DNA of 64,000 nucleotides from a virus. The stretch lies in IMG/VR virus record IMGVR_UViG_3300045988_105534, one strand, 5' to 3'. Made by a program: the position numbers and the translations under genes. The notes beneath the pieces are model-generated. The model was not told where the DNA came from and made no database searches. It saw nothing but the letters and a program-made list of their open reading frames with translations. Below are positions 1 to 8,914 of this stretch, piece by piece. The first letter of the stretch is position 1; the number at the start of each line of letters is the position of its first letter.

Positions 1-153
1 ATCAAAACTTAACGACTTTTTGTTTTTTAGGATATTAGATAAATTAGCCGGGGAGATACCAATAGCCGTTGCAAGTTGTTTTTGTGTATAATTCTTTCTT
101 AATTGCAATTCTTTAATGGTTGCGATTAATTGAGTATTATCTATATATATCAT
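1..153 (-). CDS. XRE-family helix-turn-helix transcriptional regulator; N-terminal part only, the gene runs off the window start
   Basis: Minus-strand ATG at 153 preceded by AAGGAAGG. Translation MIYIDNTQLIATIKELQLRKNYTQKQLATAIGISPANLSNILKNKKS shows an HTH_XRE pattern. Confidence 0.7.
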   Translation of the reverse strand, partial: MIYIDNTQLIATIKELQLRKNYTQKQLATAIGISPANLSNILKNKKSLSFD

Positions 154-228
154 ATATGTTTTACCTTCCTTTACTTTTTATATTATTAAGTGTATAAAAA
201 TAATTTTAAAAAAAGATCAAATAAATAC

Positions 229-258
229 TTGACAAATCAAGTAAAAACTTGATATAAT
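229..258 (+). promoter_or_regulatory. Consensus sigma70 promoter P1: TTGACA, 18-nt spacer, extended -10 TGATATAAT
   Basis: TTGACA at 229-234 and TGaTATAAT at 250-258. Spacer contains the palindrome ATCAAGT-N5-ACTTGAT. Confidence 0.7.
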
Positions 259-358
259 AATAACTGTCAAAAGGATACAAGATATAAATCAAGTATCTAA
301 TTGATATTATATCATAATTTGATTTTAAAACAAATCAAAAAATAAATCAAATAAATGC

Positions 359-388
359 TTGACAAATCAAGTAAATACATGATATAAT
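359..388 (+). promoter_or_regulatory. Consensus sigma70 promoter P2, a tandem copy of P1
   Basis: TTGACA at 359-364 and TGaTATAAT at 380-388. About 50 bp is near-identical to the P1 region. Confidence 0.7.
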
Positions 389-1252
389 ATAAACAAGTTA
401 AGAGAGAGACATAAAAAACAAACCACATTGAGTTGTCGGTAGTTTTCAAAAGTCAATCAATTAGCAACAACTTATAAACAGTCTTAAAAAGGAGAGTCAA
501 ACAAAAGTAAATCTTAAAAATTAAAATGGTTGTACATGATGAAATGTACATAAGGATAATGAAAAAGGCTTTCAAATGCTGGTAACATTCAAAAGCCCAT
601 AGATAAGTATAAATTATACTTAGCCCTAAACAATCTAAGTATAACATATCTTAAAAAGTTTTGTCAATTCTGATAAAACAAATTTCATTTTTTGAACGGC
701 AGACAACTAAATAGTTTGTCTTGCATGATGATATATGATAAACCCTAGATAATAGCAAGGTGGTGCTTGCGGGGTTTTGATAAGGCAATAGCCAACGTGG
801 TAAGTAATAGACAAGTGTCAGAGTAGGGAATAAACCGTGACCATAGGGAACACTTGCAAGGAACAACAAACAAAACTTATATATTTATAATATATAAGGG
901 ATAACTTAACAATGAACGGATCTAAACTTAAGGGTGTCAATTTTTGATACTCTGTTTTTTTGTAACAAATTGTAGCAACTCTTTTCTTGCTTTAGAGTAA
1001 AAAAAGCATGGTTGGAACTTAAACCATTTAATGGTTGTTAGTGCTGATTATAGCACCATGGCAAGTATATCATCTAGTAGGATATTTGTCTTTATAACCG
1101 AACGCAAACGGCTTGTACCTTAGTAGTTAGTAGGTTATATACAAATTATATGAACAGTGATCACTGTCTTGCATACCGCTTTAATCGGCATTATAGAACT
1201 ATTAAAAAATCCAGCCTTGAAAGCTGGTCGTAGTGATAGGAGGTAAACAACT

Positions 1253-1438
1253 ATGAAAAGAATGAGATACTATATTGACTATGTCGATAAAAAAACAAAT
1301 ATGGAACATTCAACTAGTTTTGAAACAAAAATTGAATGTTGGGCTTTTATTCGAAAGAATGAAAAAGACATTCACTTGACGAAAAAACCATATACAAGTG
1401 ATTTTCTTGATTGGTTTTTTAGTGAAGGAATAGCGTAA
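1253..1438 (+). CDS. Hypothetical protein (61 aa)
   Basis: ORF with GGAGGT Shine-Dalgarno 8 nt upstream. Confidence 0.6.
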   Translation: MKRMRYYIDYVDKKTNMEHSTSFETKIECWAFIRKNEKDIHLTKKPYTSDFLDWFFSEGIA

Positions 1439-1448
1439 ATCATAAAGG

Positions 1449-1479
1449 CACGATCTAAAAAAAGATTGTGTCTTTTTTA
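1449..1479 (+). terminator. Rho-independent terminator candidate
   Basis: Hairpin CACGATC/GATTGTG followed by TCTTTTTT. Confidence 0.45.
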
Positions 1480-1541
1480 TTGCAAGCAAACAAAATCCCG
1501 CTTTTATAAGTCGGGTAACTAAAGAAAGAAGGTATATTATT

Positions 1542-1940
1542 ATGACAGCAACAAAAAAATATTTTACAAGAGAAGAAGCAATGAACGATATTATTGAGTG
1601 TTTAGAAAGTGGTTACGACGGTTATTACTGCGACTTACACGATGAAGTATTTAACACTGATTATTATATTATCGGTACTTATGAAGCAAAAGAAGCACTT
1701 AACCAGTACGACGTATTTAAAGCGATCGAAAAGGTTAAAGATTACGAAGAATTAAACTTCGGAGAAGTAACAACTGATATCTCAGATCCTGAAAAACTTG
1801 CCAATATGCTTTACTATATCGTCGGAGAAGATGTAATTTCCGATATGTATGAAATTGAAGAATACAATGATAATTGGAATTACTTAGCAACTGAAGAAAC
1901 GAACGCAATTATAGTTGCACAGTTAAAAGAAATGTTATAA
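1542..1940 (+). CDS. Hypothetical acidic protein (132 aa)
   Basis: ORF with AGAAAGAAGG Shine-Dalgarno. Confidence 0.65.
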   Translation: MTATKKYFTREEAMNDIIECLESGYDGYYCDLHDEVFNTDYYIIGTYEAKEALNQYDVFKAIEKVKDYEELNFGEVTTDISDPEKLANMLYYIVGEDVISDMYEIEEYNDNWNYLATEETNAIIVAQLKEML

Positions 1941-1955
1941 AAGGAGTGTTTTAAA

Positions 1956-2318
1956 ATGGAACAATATTTATATGCTGATGAATATGATGATAATGAGATT
2001 AAAATTCTAACGGTTGGGCAACTGTTGGAATTTTTTAATAAATCGGATGATAAAAAGAACGGTTCAGACTTAGAAAGTTACATTCAAGACAATATCAAAA
2101 TGGATCTTATTGAACCGTTTTGCCCACATAAAGAAGCAGAAACGATTGTTTGTGATTTACAGCCATTAGCAAAACAGTATATCTTGCAAGAAGCTGAGAA
2201 GGTTTTTAATGATATGTCGTGGGTAGATACTCAAGAAGAACTGGATAACGTGTATCATGAGAAAATCAAGAACTTATATGATACGGTTGATTTTTCAGAG
2301 TTTGTAGCGTATTTATAA
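1956..2318 (+). CDS. Hypothetical protein (120 aa)
   Basis: ORF with AAGGAG Shine-Dalgarno. Confidence 0.65.
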   Translation: MEQYLYADEYDDNEIKILTVGQLLEFFNKSDDKKNGSDLESYIQDNIKMDLIEPFCPHKEAETIVCDLQPLAKQYILQEAEKVFNDMSWVDTQEELDNVYHEKIKNLYDTVDFSEFVAYL

Positions 2319-2330
2319 GTCGAGCATTAT

Positions 2331-2363
2331 AGACAAGTCAAAACACGGCTTGTCTATTTTGTT
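2331..2363 (+). terminator. Rho-independent terminator candidate
   Basis: AGACAAG / CTTGTCT stem followed by ATTTTGTT. Confidence 0.5.
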
Positions 2364-2492
2364 GAACCTATAAAAAAGAAAGTCCCGTAAAGGGCAGAAA
2401 GAAGGAAAGATATGACAAAATACAGAGTGATTTATAGTTATTTTAGCGAACTTGTAACAGTTGACGAATAAAGAAACCAGGAGGAAAGCATA

Positions 2493-2684
2493 ATGGAAAA
2501 TAAGACACAATTACATAAACCAGCTATAACAGAAATAGCCGTTGCACTTGTAGGAATTGCAATGGCTATTATTACATTTATCAAGATACCGCAAGCCTTT
2601 ATATTAGAAGCGTTATTGGTAATGATTACCGCTGTCTATATGCTTGCTTGCGTTGGATTTTTTGATGATACAGATACAGAATAA
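2493..2684 (+). CDS. Small hydrophobic membrane protein (63 aa)
   Basis: AGGAGGA Shine-Dalgarno; two predicted transmembrane helices. Confidence 0.6.
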   Translation: MENKTQLHKPAITEIAVALVGIAMAIITFIKIPQAFILEALLVMITAVYMLACVGFFDDTDTE

Positions 2685-2709
2685 GAAAATAGAAAGAAGG
2701 TAAACGATT

Positions 2710-3318
2710 ATGAAAACAAAACAGAACAAAACAATCAAGATCCTATTAGCTGTAGCACTCATGTTTACGGCTTTTTTAATCTTTGGAAATACTGTACACG
2801 CAAAGACAAAAAGAAGCACGTACAGAACGATAAACGGCATTTATAACAGTGACGGCACAATTGACACGGCAGATGGTTATTGCTGGAAAGTTCGCAAGGA
2901 ATCATATGCCTATCCAGGGACTACCGTTGTCACTGTAAAATTTAACACACACGGCACTAGAAACAAGCTTGATGATTCTATTGTAAAGATCACGGCAAAG
3001 AATAAGAATATCCAACTTGTAAACGATTATATACGCAGAAATTATGACTTAAATGCCTATAAGGTAAAGTATATCAGCACTGGAAAACTAACGGATAAAA
3101 TGATCCGTGAACGTGCCACACGACATACAATTTATGTGGAAATTATTAAAAGTGTTTCTGCTGGAGGTAGACATGGAACGTATGGAAAAAACTACTATAT
3201 TGCCTATAACAAACGTGTACGCAAGGGAAAACACATAACAAGCTATTGTGTATGGAATCCTTGCAATAGTTATTGTGATGATGTAGAAGTCGTGGCAGAT
3301 AATGGAAAAATCAGATAA
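2710..3318 (+). CDS. Secreted protein with N-terminal signal peptide (202 aa)
   Basis: MKTKQNKTIKILLAVALMFTAFLIFGNTVHA looks like a signal peptide; AGAAAGAAGG Shine-Dalgarno. Confidence 0.7.
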   Translation: MKTKQNKTIKILLAVALMFTAFLIFGNTVHAKTKRSTYRTINGIYNSDGTIDTADGYCWKVRKESYAYPGTTVVTVKFNTHGTRNKLDDSIVKITAKNKNIQLVNDYIRRNYDLNAYKVKYISTGKLTDKMIRERATRHTIYVEIIKSVSAGGRHGTYGKNYYIAYNKRVRKGKHITSYCVWNPCNSYCDDVEVVADNGKIR

Positions 3319-3335
3319 AAAGAAGGTTGGAAATT

Positions 3336-3530
3336 ATGACAACTGTTACTATTTACAGAAACAAAAGAAACGAGAACAAATATATAGAAGTCCATAACGA
3401 TGGATATTATCACAACTCAGTAAAACAGTTTATGCAATGGAAGAAAGATCACAATGGGAATCAGCTTGCTAAACCTATCAGAAATGAAATGGGCGATCGA
3501 GTCTTACATAGATGGAAAAAGCAAACTTGA
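3336..3530 (+). CDS. Hypothetical protein (64 aa)
   Basis: ATG six nt after the GTG used by the ORF track; AAGAAGG Shine-Dalgarno. Confidence 0.55.
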   Translation: MTTVTIYRNKRNENKYIEVHNDGYYHNSVKQFMQWKKDHNGNQLAKPIRNEMGDRVLHRWKKQT

Positions 3531-3585
3531 TGGAGCTACTGGAAGATTATGAACTGATTACAGCATAGAAAGAAGGTATAGAATC

Positions 3586-3834
3586 ATGGAAAAGAAAATA
3601 ATTAATATTAATATCAAGGCATTTTTGGAAAAATTCAATGAAGCATACGACTTCTTATATGATAACTATGATCGAGTAGCTGGTTATACAGAAGCACTTG
3701 AAGCTGGTGATTCTTTTATAGAAAGTCATTTAGATTTTGTTAAAGAGTTTAATAATTATAGGGGAGATATTCTTTCTAGTGATAGAGAAGTTGTAGCATT
3801 TATGTTTGCATTAGAATCCATGGAGGTGGCATAG
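3586..3834 (+). CDS. Hypothetical protein (82 aa)
   Basis: AGAAAGAAGG Shine-Dalgarno. Confidence 0.6.
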   Translation: MEKKIININIKAFLEKFNEAYDFLYDNYDRVAGYTEALEAGDSFIESHLDFVKEFNNYRGDILSSDREVVAFMFALESMEVA

Positions 3835-3835
3835 A

Positions 3836-4147
3836 ATGAAAGATTATAGAACGATTATTTCTAGCGGTACAGTGGAAAATATCTGCGATGCTTTAGCGGA
3901 TTTCCTTGACGAATATTTTGTAGGATGTTTACAAGATAATTATTTCTTCAGTGTTGGAAATAACAATCTAAAGTTAGGCAGAATCAAACTAAGAAAGTAC
4001 GTGATGATCTTAGAAAAAGGCTTGAATGAATGGTCTAGTGTCAACGAATTGTACATGACAGACAGTGAAAAGAAGTATAGAGAACTGTTAGATATGTATT
4101 ATAAGGATCGTGAAGAGTACGAAAAAGAAGAACTAGAAACGGCATAG
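3836..4147 (+). CDS. Hypothetical protein (103 aa)
   Basis: GGAGGTGG Shine-Dalgarno; tight coupling to the upstream gene. Confidence 0.6.
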   Translation: MKDYRTIISSGTVENICDALADFLDEYFVGCLQDNYFFSVGNNNLKLGRIKLRKYVMILEKGLNEWSSVNELYMTDSEKKYRELLDMYYKDREEYEKEELETA

Positions 4148-4165
4148 AATAGGAGGAACGATAGA

Positions 4166-4471
4166 ATGGAAAAGAACTTCAAAGATTTATACTTTGTATC
4201 TGTTTATTACAGTTTTGATTGTGATTCACCGCTTTATGTTTTTAGTACAGAAGAAGAAGCGGCTGCATTTATTAGAAAACAATATAAGCATGAATTAAAC
4301 ATAGAATGTAGAGAATTGGAAATTGATATGAGTGTTTCTGAAAAGGATTATAGTGATTATGGATTATTTGTCAATATATCCGATGATGGAAACTTTGCAC
4401 GTATAGAACAAGTAAATGACGAACCATCATTTATTGAATGGAACCTAACAACATTAAGAAATGATTTGTAA
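4166..4471 (+). CDS. Hypothetical protein (101 aa)
   Basis: TAGGAGGAA Shine-Dalgarno. Confidence 0.6.
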   Translation: MEKNFKDLYFVSVYYSFDCDSPLYVFSTEEEAAAFIRKQYKHELNIECRELEIDMSVSEKDYSDYGLFVNISDDGNFARIEQVNDEPSFIEWNLTTLRNDL

Positions 4472-4489
4472 TAAAGGAAGGTACATAGA

Positions 4490-4762
4490 ATGGAAATTTT
4501 AAAGATGACAGAACGCAAAACAGTAGTGATTCAGACAGTAGAAAATGAAGAACGTAACACTTTTGACATTGGAAAAATCAGAGTCGCAGCCTTGCCACCG
4601 ATCGCAAAGAAAGATCTTATCGCAGAACTTAAAAGTAAAGGATTCTGTGATGGAATGATTCATATAGCTTTACAATGTAAGTTAGAAGATCTGAACGAAT
4701 ATGTGAACGTATGGAAGTATGTAGCATATATCCTTGCTGTAGAACTGATGGAAAGATTATAG
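4490..4762 (+). CDS. Hypothetical protein (90 aa)
   Basis: AAGGAAGG Shine-Dalgarno. Confidence 0.55.
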   Translation: MEILKMTERKTVVIQTVENEERNTFDIGKIRVAALPPIAKKDLIAELKSKGFCDGMIHIALQCKLEDLNEYVNVWKYVAYILAVELMERL

Positions 4763-4778
4763 AAGGAAGGTGGAAATT

Positions 4779-4955
4779 ATGATAGTAAAAAATACTTATC
4801 CCGATGGAAGAACAGAAATTTTTTGTGATACGCCCGATGAATACAATGACTTATGCTGTGAGTACGATCTTGAAGATTGCGGCAGGAGTGGAAAATACGT
4901 TGGATCTAGTTGGAGCCACGATGATAAGAACAACGTAGATGTTTATTATAAATAG
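4779..4955 (+). CDS. Hypothetical Cys-containing small protein (58 aa)
   Basis: GGTGGAAATTATG initiation cassette. Confidence 0.5.
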   Translation: MIVKNTYPDGRTEIFCDTPDEYNDLCCEYDLEDCGRSGKYVGSSWSHDDKNNVDVYYK

Positions 4956-4971
4956 AAAGTAGGTGGAAATT

Positions 4972-5130
4972 ATGTGGTACTCATTAGAAAACGGAAAAGA
5001 TTGTTGCTTAGGTGTGAAATACACATTGAATGATGCAGAACTAGAAGCACGGAATAATCCAATGATAAAAGAAATTTTTGAATATGATAATAACGATGAA
5101 TTAATTGGTTGTGTATGGTCAAGAAAGTAG
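4972..5130 (+). CDS. Hypothetical small protein (52 aa), not in the ORF track
   Basis: AGGTGGAAATTATG cassette; ORF reads MWYSLENGKDCCLGVKYTLNDAELEARNNPMIKEIFEYDNNDELIGCVWSRK. Confidence 0.45.
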   Translation: MWYSLENGKDCCLGVKYTLNDAELEARNNPMIKEIFEYDNNDELIGCVWSRK

Positions 5131-5139
5131 GTGGAAAGA

Positions 5140-5394
5140 ATGAGTCGCAGAACAACTATGGAAGCATTAGCGTGTCACATTGAACGAAAGTACAACACAC
5201 TGTACTTCACAGAAAATCCTCCGAACGCTGGAATTAACAATGATTTGTTTGGTTACAAATACTTCTTGCTATTCAAGAATACGTTCGGAATTTTTCGTAA
5301 ATACAGAACGCAAGAAGAAGCAATTAACGGCATGACGGAAATTTTAAAAGAAGATCCAGCTAATCTATTCAACTTCTCTATATGCCGTACATAG
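5140..5394 (+). CDS. Hypothetical protein (84 aa)
   Basis: AGGTGGAAAGAATG cassette. Confidence 0.55.
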   Translation: MSRRTTMEALACHIERKYNTLYFTENPPNAGINNDLFGYKYFLLFKNTFGIFRKYRTQEEAINGMTEILKEDPANLFNFSICRT

Positions 5395-5690
5395 TTTATT
5401 ACATAGCCAATTAAAGGCTTTTACTGTCTGTAATGAAGCAGACTACACCCTAACGGAAAGACTCGACTATTGAAGCTAATAGTTACTTTATATGAACGGA
5501 AATACTGTACTACTGGTTGATGGTAGTGACGTACTGGAACGGAAAAACGGTGGCGTATGGCAGATAAAAGAGTGCTTTTATTGGGCGGTTCAATTCCGCC
5601 CTCGCTACTTCACACGATGGAAATTATCGTGTATAATATAAGAGAACTGTTAATATTTTAAAGTCCTAAATAGGCAGAAAGAAGGAAATT

Positions 5691-6152
5691 ATGTACGAGT
5701 TTAAAGAACTGATCTTGCCCGAACATTTTAGACACGCCTCCTACGGTGGATTTTGTGTGAAACCTGGAATGTTTTATGGCGTAGAGAAAGAAACTGGAAA
5801 ATTGGTTGCCACAACTGGCTGGAACGTAAACGGATTAACAAATATCTATATCCAGCACGAGCCAAAGTCACAATGGAACAACGACTTGTGGGAAGATCTT
5901 TACGATGATTACGGAAAACCTTTAATCACGATTGAAGAGAACGACTTGCAACGGATTAGTGATAAGGTTAAAGATTTTCAGAAAACGGCAATGGATTTTG
6001 AAACGTGGGCAGACGAAAATGGATATGATGACGAAAGCTGGGATGAAGATCAGATAGAATCAGCATACGAGAGTTATTACTTTATGGAATATCCTGAGTT
6101 TGTTATCCAGCTTTTAAAAGAACATTGGGATTTAGAAAATTATGAAAGATAG
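5691..6152 (+). CDS. Hypothetical acidic protein (153 aa)
   Basis: AGAAAGAAGGAAATTATG; TGTATAAT promoter-like element upstream. Confidence 0.65.
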   Translation: MYEFKELILPEHFRHASYGGFCVKPGMFYGVEKETGKLVATTGWNVNGLTNIYIQHEPKSQWNNDLWEDLYDDYGKPLITIEENDLQRISDKVKDFQKTAMDFETWADENGYDDESWDEDQIESAYESYYFMEYPEFVIQLLKEHWDLENYER

Positions 6153-6165
6153 GATGGTGGAAATT

Positions 6166-6504
6166 ATGAAATCATATAAAGAATACGAAAGAGAATTTAT
6201 CGGAGATAGTGACATTGCAGCTTTAATTTTTGTAGGAACGACAAAGAACGGACTAGAAGCAAATATCTTAGATTTTGGTTGCGATGGAAGATACGATGCT
6301 TATATCGTTGACGAGAACGCAAAGATCGGAGATCACTATACATTAGAGATGGAGTTTGAAACGTCATCAGGTTTTAAGGCATGGCTTAAAATTTATGATG
6401 ATGAAGGATTGACAGCAGATTATAGGGCAGACAAAATTAGAGTATATCGTGCTGGAGATTTTGGTTGCATTATTCAGCTTATCGGAAAGAAAGAATGTGA
6501 ATAA
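6166..6504 (+). CDS. Hypothetical protein (112 aa)
   Basis: GATGGTGGAAATTATG cassette. Confidence 0.6.
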   Translation: MKSYKEYEREFIGDSDIAALIFVGTTKNGLEANILDFGCDGRYDAYIVDENAKIGDHYTLEMEFETSSGFKAWLKIYDDEGLTADYRADKIRVYRAGDFGCIIQLIGKKECE

Positions 6505-6518
6505 GGATGGTGGAAAAT

Positions 6519-6962
6519 ATGCTTAGATATAAAGATTATTACCATACAATTACAAAAACAGATCACGGATTAGATATTGACGTAAACAAATGTAATAATA
6601 CTTGTAATCATCATTCTTATATAGATTGTAGTAGTTGCGATTGCAAAGATGGATGCTTTGGAAAATCGTTTGCCAAAGACACTTTAAATGAATTCAAGAA
6701 ACATCATTTTACATGGAAAGATATCGTACAAGTCAATGGAAAATTATATGAAGAAGAGTTCATGATTAGTGGTTTGATGGATGATAAAAATACATATCAG
6801 ATTGATGATTTTTTAGAAGCTGTAGCAAAGAAGTATGATGTTAGTCCGAAGGATATTAAGACATATACAATGGATAATATACCATTAAATCCAACGGAAA
6901 TTATTCTTGCCGGAGATTGTGGTTGCTATATTGACGGAACGCCTGAATGGTGTATAGACTAG
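6519..6962 (+). CDS. Cys-rich hypothetical protein (147 aa)
   Basis: GATGGTGGAAAATATG cassette; cluster of CxxC and CxC motifs. Confidence 0.6.
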   Translation: MLRYKDYYHTITKTDHGLDIDVNKCNNTCNHHSYIDCSSCDCKDGCFGKSFAKDTLNEFKKHHFTWKDIVQVNGKLYEEEFMISGLMDDKNTYQIDDFLEAVAKKYDVSPKDIKTYTMDNIPLNPTEIILAGDCGCYIDGTPEWCID

Positions 6963-6992
6963 CGGAAAATTAAATAAGAACAAAGTAATCTA

Positions 6993-7023
6993 GGAAGATG
7001 CAGAAATGTATCTTCCTTTTTTA
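6993..7023 (+). terminator. Rho-independent terminator
   Basis: AGGAAGAT ... ATCTTCCT perfect 8-bp stem followed by TTTTTT. Confidence 0.7.
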
Positions 7024-7048
7024 ATGGAAAGAAACGAGGTAAGAACGA

Positions 7049-7336
7049 ATGAAAGTTAGCAGAGAAGAGTATGAAAGATTAGACTTTGAAGATTTTGTGG
7101 AAAAATTAAAACCACAATACAGCACATTATGTAGTTTAGAAGATATGAAGAACGCTTGCGTTCAGGCGGTAAACGTAATGGAAGTTAGTCTTGCGATCCA
7201 TATATTGGAACCGATTGAAGAATACGGTGTATGGTATTACGACTACGATCGAGAAAAGGGTATGCAGTATGTACCGCAGCCATTATCACAAAAAGAGGAT
7301 CTTGTGAAGGCTGGATACTTAGAATTAGTCGGATAA
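7049..7336 (+). CDS. Hypothetical protein (95 aa)
   Basis: GAGGT Shine-Dalgarno. Confidence 0.6.
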   Translation: MKVSREEYERLDFEDFVEKLKPQYSTLCSLEDMKNACVQAVNVMEVSLAIHILEPIEEYGVWYYDYDREKGMQYVPQPLSQKEDLVKAGYLELVG

Positions 7337-7377
7337 TAAAATGCAGATTTGAAAGAAAGATATGAGGTATACAGATT

Positions 7378-8526
7378 ATGAAATTTACATTAAATACAAA
7401 GGATTTTAAAGAAGTAGTAAGCAAGTTGGAAAAAACAATCAAGTATAGCGTAACAGATGATTGCATTGTATTTATGGGTGGAAATGTTGTGACATTTATT
7501 GCAAATACAGCAGATGCACGAATGATTATCGTAAAAGACAGTGTTTGTGATGATATCGGAAAATTCGTTGTGCCATTTGCTAAATTAAAACAAATATCTA
7601 AATTGAAAGCAAAAGATTTTACTTTTGATTTTCACAAACATGATGGAAAACTTATCGTAAAAGCCGATAAGAAAGTGCAGAGTATTATAGGATCAGAAGT
7701 CAATGTAATCTACAATGGACTGAAAAAATTACAACACGTTGCCATTATTCCAGGGAATGATCTTTTTGAGATGATGGAAAAACTTTCATTATTTAATAAA
7801 GAGTTAGACAAAAATAAACCGATGATGAATTGCTTTAATTTAAACATTATGAATAAAACAATAACTGTACTTGATGGGTACAGAATTATTCAGAAAGATT
7901 TATCTGAGTATATGTTTGGCGATACAGCACTGACGGAAATTAACATTCCATTAAGGGCATATATAATGCTTAAAAATTGCTTAAAAGGAAATAAAGGTAA
8001 CGTAGAGATTCAAGCCAATCAAGATTATGTACAGTTTACTGGAAATGATTTTACTTTCTTTATTGAAATGGTAGGTGGAAAATATTTTGATGTAGATGGA
8101 ATTTTAAAAGGGATTGAACCGACTGGATCAGTAGAGCTTGCAACAAAAGAATTAATAGAAATTACAAAGTATAATGTAAATCATGTTAAAGGTTCAAGAT
8201 TTCCAATGCTTCTACATAATAAAGAAAACAAATTAGTATCTTATTGTGAGAACAAACATAATGAGTCATCAATGGACTTTCTCGACACAAAGAACAATGA
8301 ATTATCAGAAAATTTTGCGATTGGATTCGATCCGAACTTTGTATTAGATGCTTTAAAAGTTATTCAAAATGATACGTTTACACTGGAAGTTATGAGTGAT
8401 AAAGCACCATGTAAAATTATTGATAATGGATATACGATTGTACTTCTTCCAGTAAATATTAACATGATTGACAAATTTAATGAGGTGTTAGAAAACATCA
8501 AAACTTTAAAACAGTCAATGGAATAA
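7378..8526 (+). CDS. dnaN: DNA polymerase III beta-subunit-like sliding clamp
   Basis: 382 aa. N-terminus MKFTLNTKDFKEVVSKLEKTIKY...FIANTADARMII resembles the DnaN N-terminal signature. Size fits a three-domain clamp. Confidence 0.65.
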   Translation: MKFTLNTKDFKEVVSKLEKTIKYSVTDDCIVFMGGNVVTFIANTADARMIIVKDSVCDDIGKFVVPFAKLKQISKLKAKDFTFDFHKHDGKLIVKADKKVQSIIGSEVNVIYNGLKKLQHVAIIPGNDLFEMMEKLSLFNKELDKNKPMMNCFNLNIMNKTITVLDGYRIIQKDLSEYMFGDTALTEINIPLRAYIMLKNCLKGNKGNVEIQANQDYVQFTGNDFTFFIEMVGGKYFDVDGILKGIEPTGSVELATKELIEITKYNVNHVKGSRFPMLLHNKENKLVSYCENKHNESSMDFLDTKNNELSENFAIGFDPNFVLDALKVIQNDTFTLEVMSDKAPCKIIDNGYTIVLLPVNINMIDKFNEVLENIKTLKQSME

Positions 8527-8535
8527 ATTAGTGTA

Positions 8536-8565
8536 AAGCGGCATCTATATCGGTGCTGCTTTTTG
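8536..8565 (+). terminator. Terminator candidate after the clamp gene
   Basis: AGCGGCA / TGCTGCT imperfect stem followed by TTTTT. Confidence 0.45.
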
Positions 8566-8604
8566 AGTTAAAAGAAAGTTTTATTACAGATAGGAGTGGA
8601 AATT

Positions 8605-8880
8605 ATGAAAGAAAATTATATTGTAGTTACATCAGGTGGAACAATACGTACGACATTAACAAGTAAGGTAAAAGAAATCTTAACTGAATTCAAGCCAAAA
8701 GGATGTCCGTTTGGAAATTATTCGATGTTAAATTTATTACAAGATTGGCTTGGTATGTATGCATGGCAGTTGCCAAAGAATAAGCCTATGTCAATAGTTA
8801 AATGTATTGAACGATTGGACGTGGATGGAACATCTATCTACAAAGAATCAATGATTCGATTGATTGAAGTAGTAGCATAA
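8605..8880 (+). CDS. Hypothetical protein (91 aa)
   Basis: Conserved cassette AGTTTTATTACAGATAGGAGTGGAAATTATG. Confidence 0.6.
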   Translation: MKENYIVVTSGGTIRTTLTSKVKEILTEFKPKGCPFGNYSMLNLLQDWLGMYAWQLPKNKPMSIVKCIERLDVDGTSIYKESMIRLIEVVA

Positions 8881-8914
8881 AAGAAAAGTTTTATCACAGA
8901 TAGGGGTGGAAATT

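Noticed and set aside
453-869. Two minus-strand ORFs (64 and 72 aa) inside the long leader
   Set aside because: No Shine-Dalgarno. Low-complexity hydrophobic translations. They are antisense to the transcript from the consensus early promoters, so they are most likely spurious.
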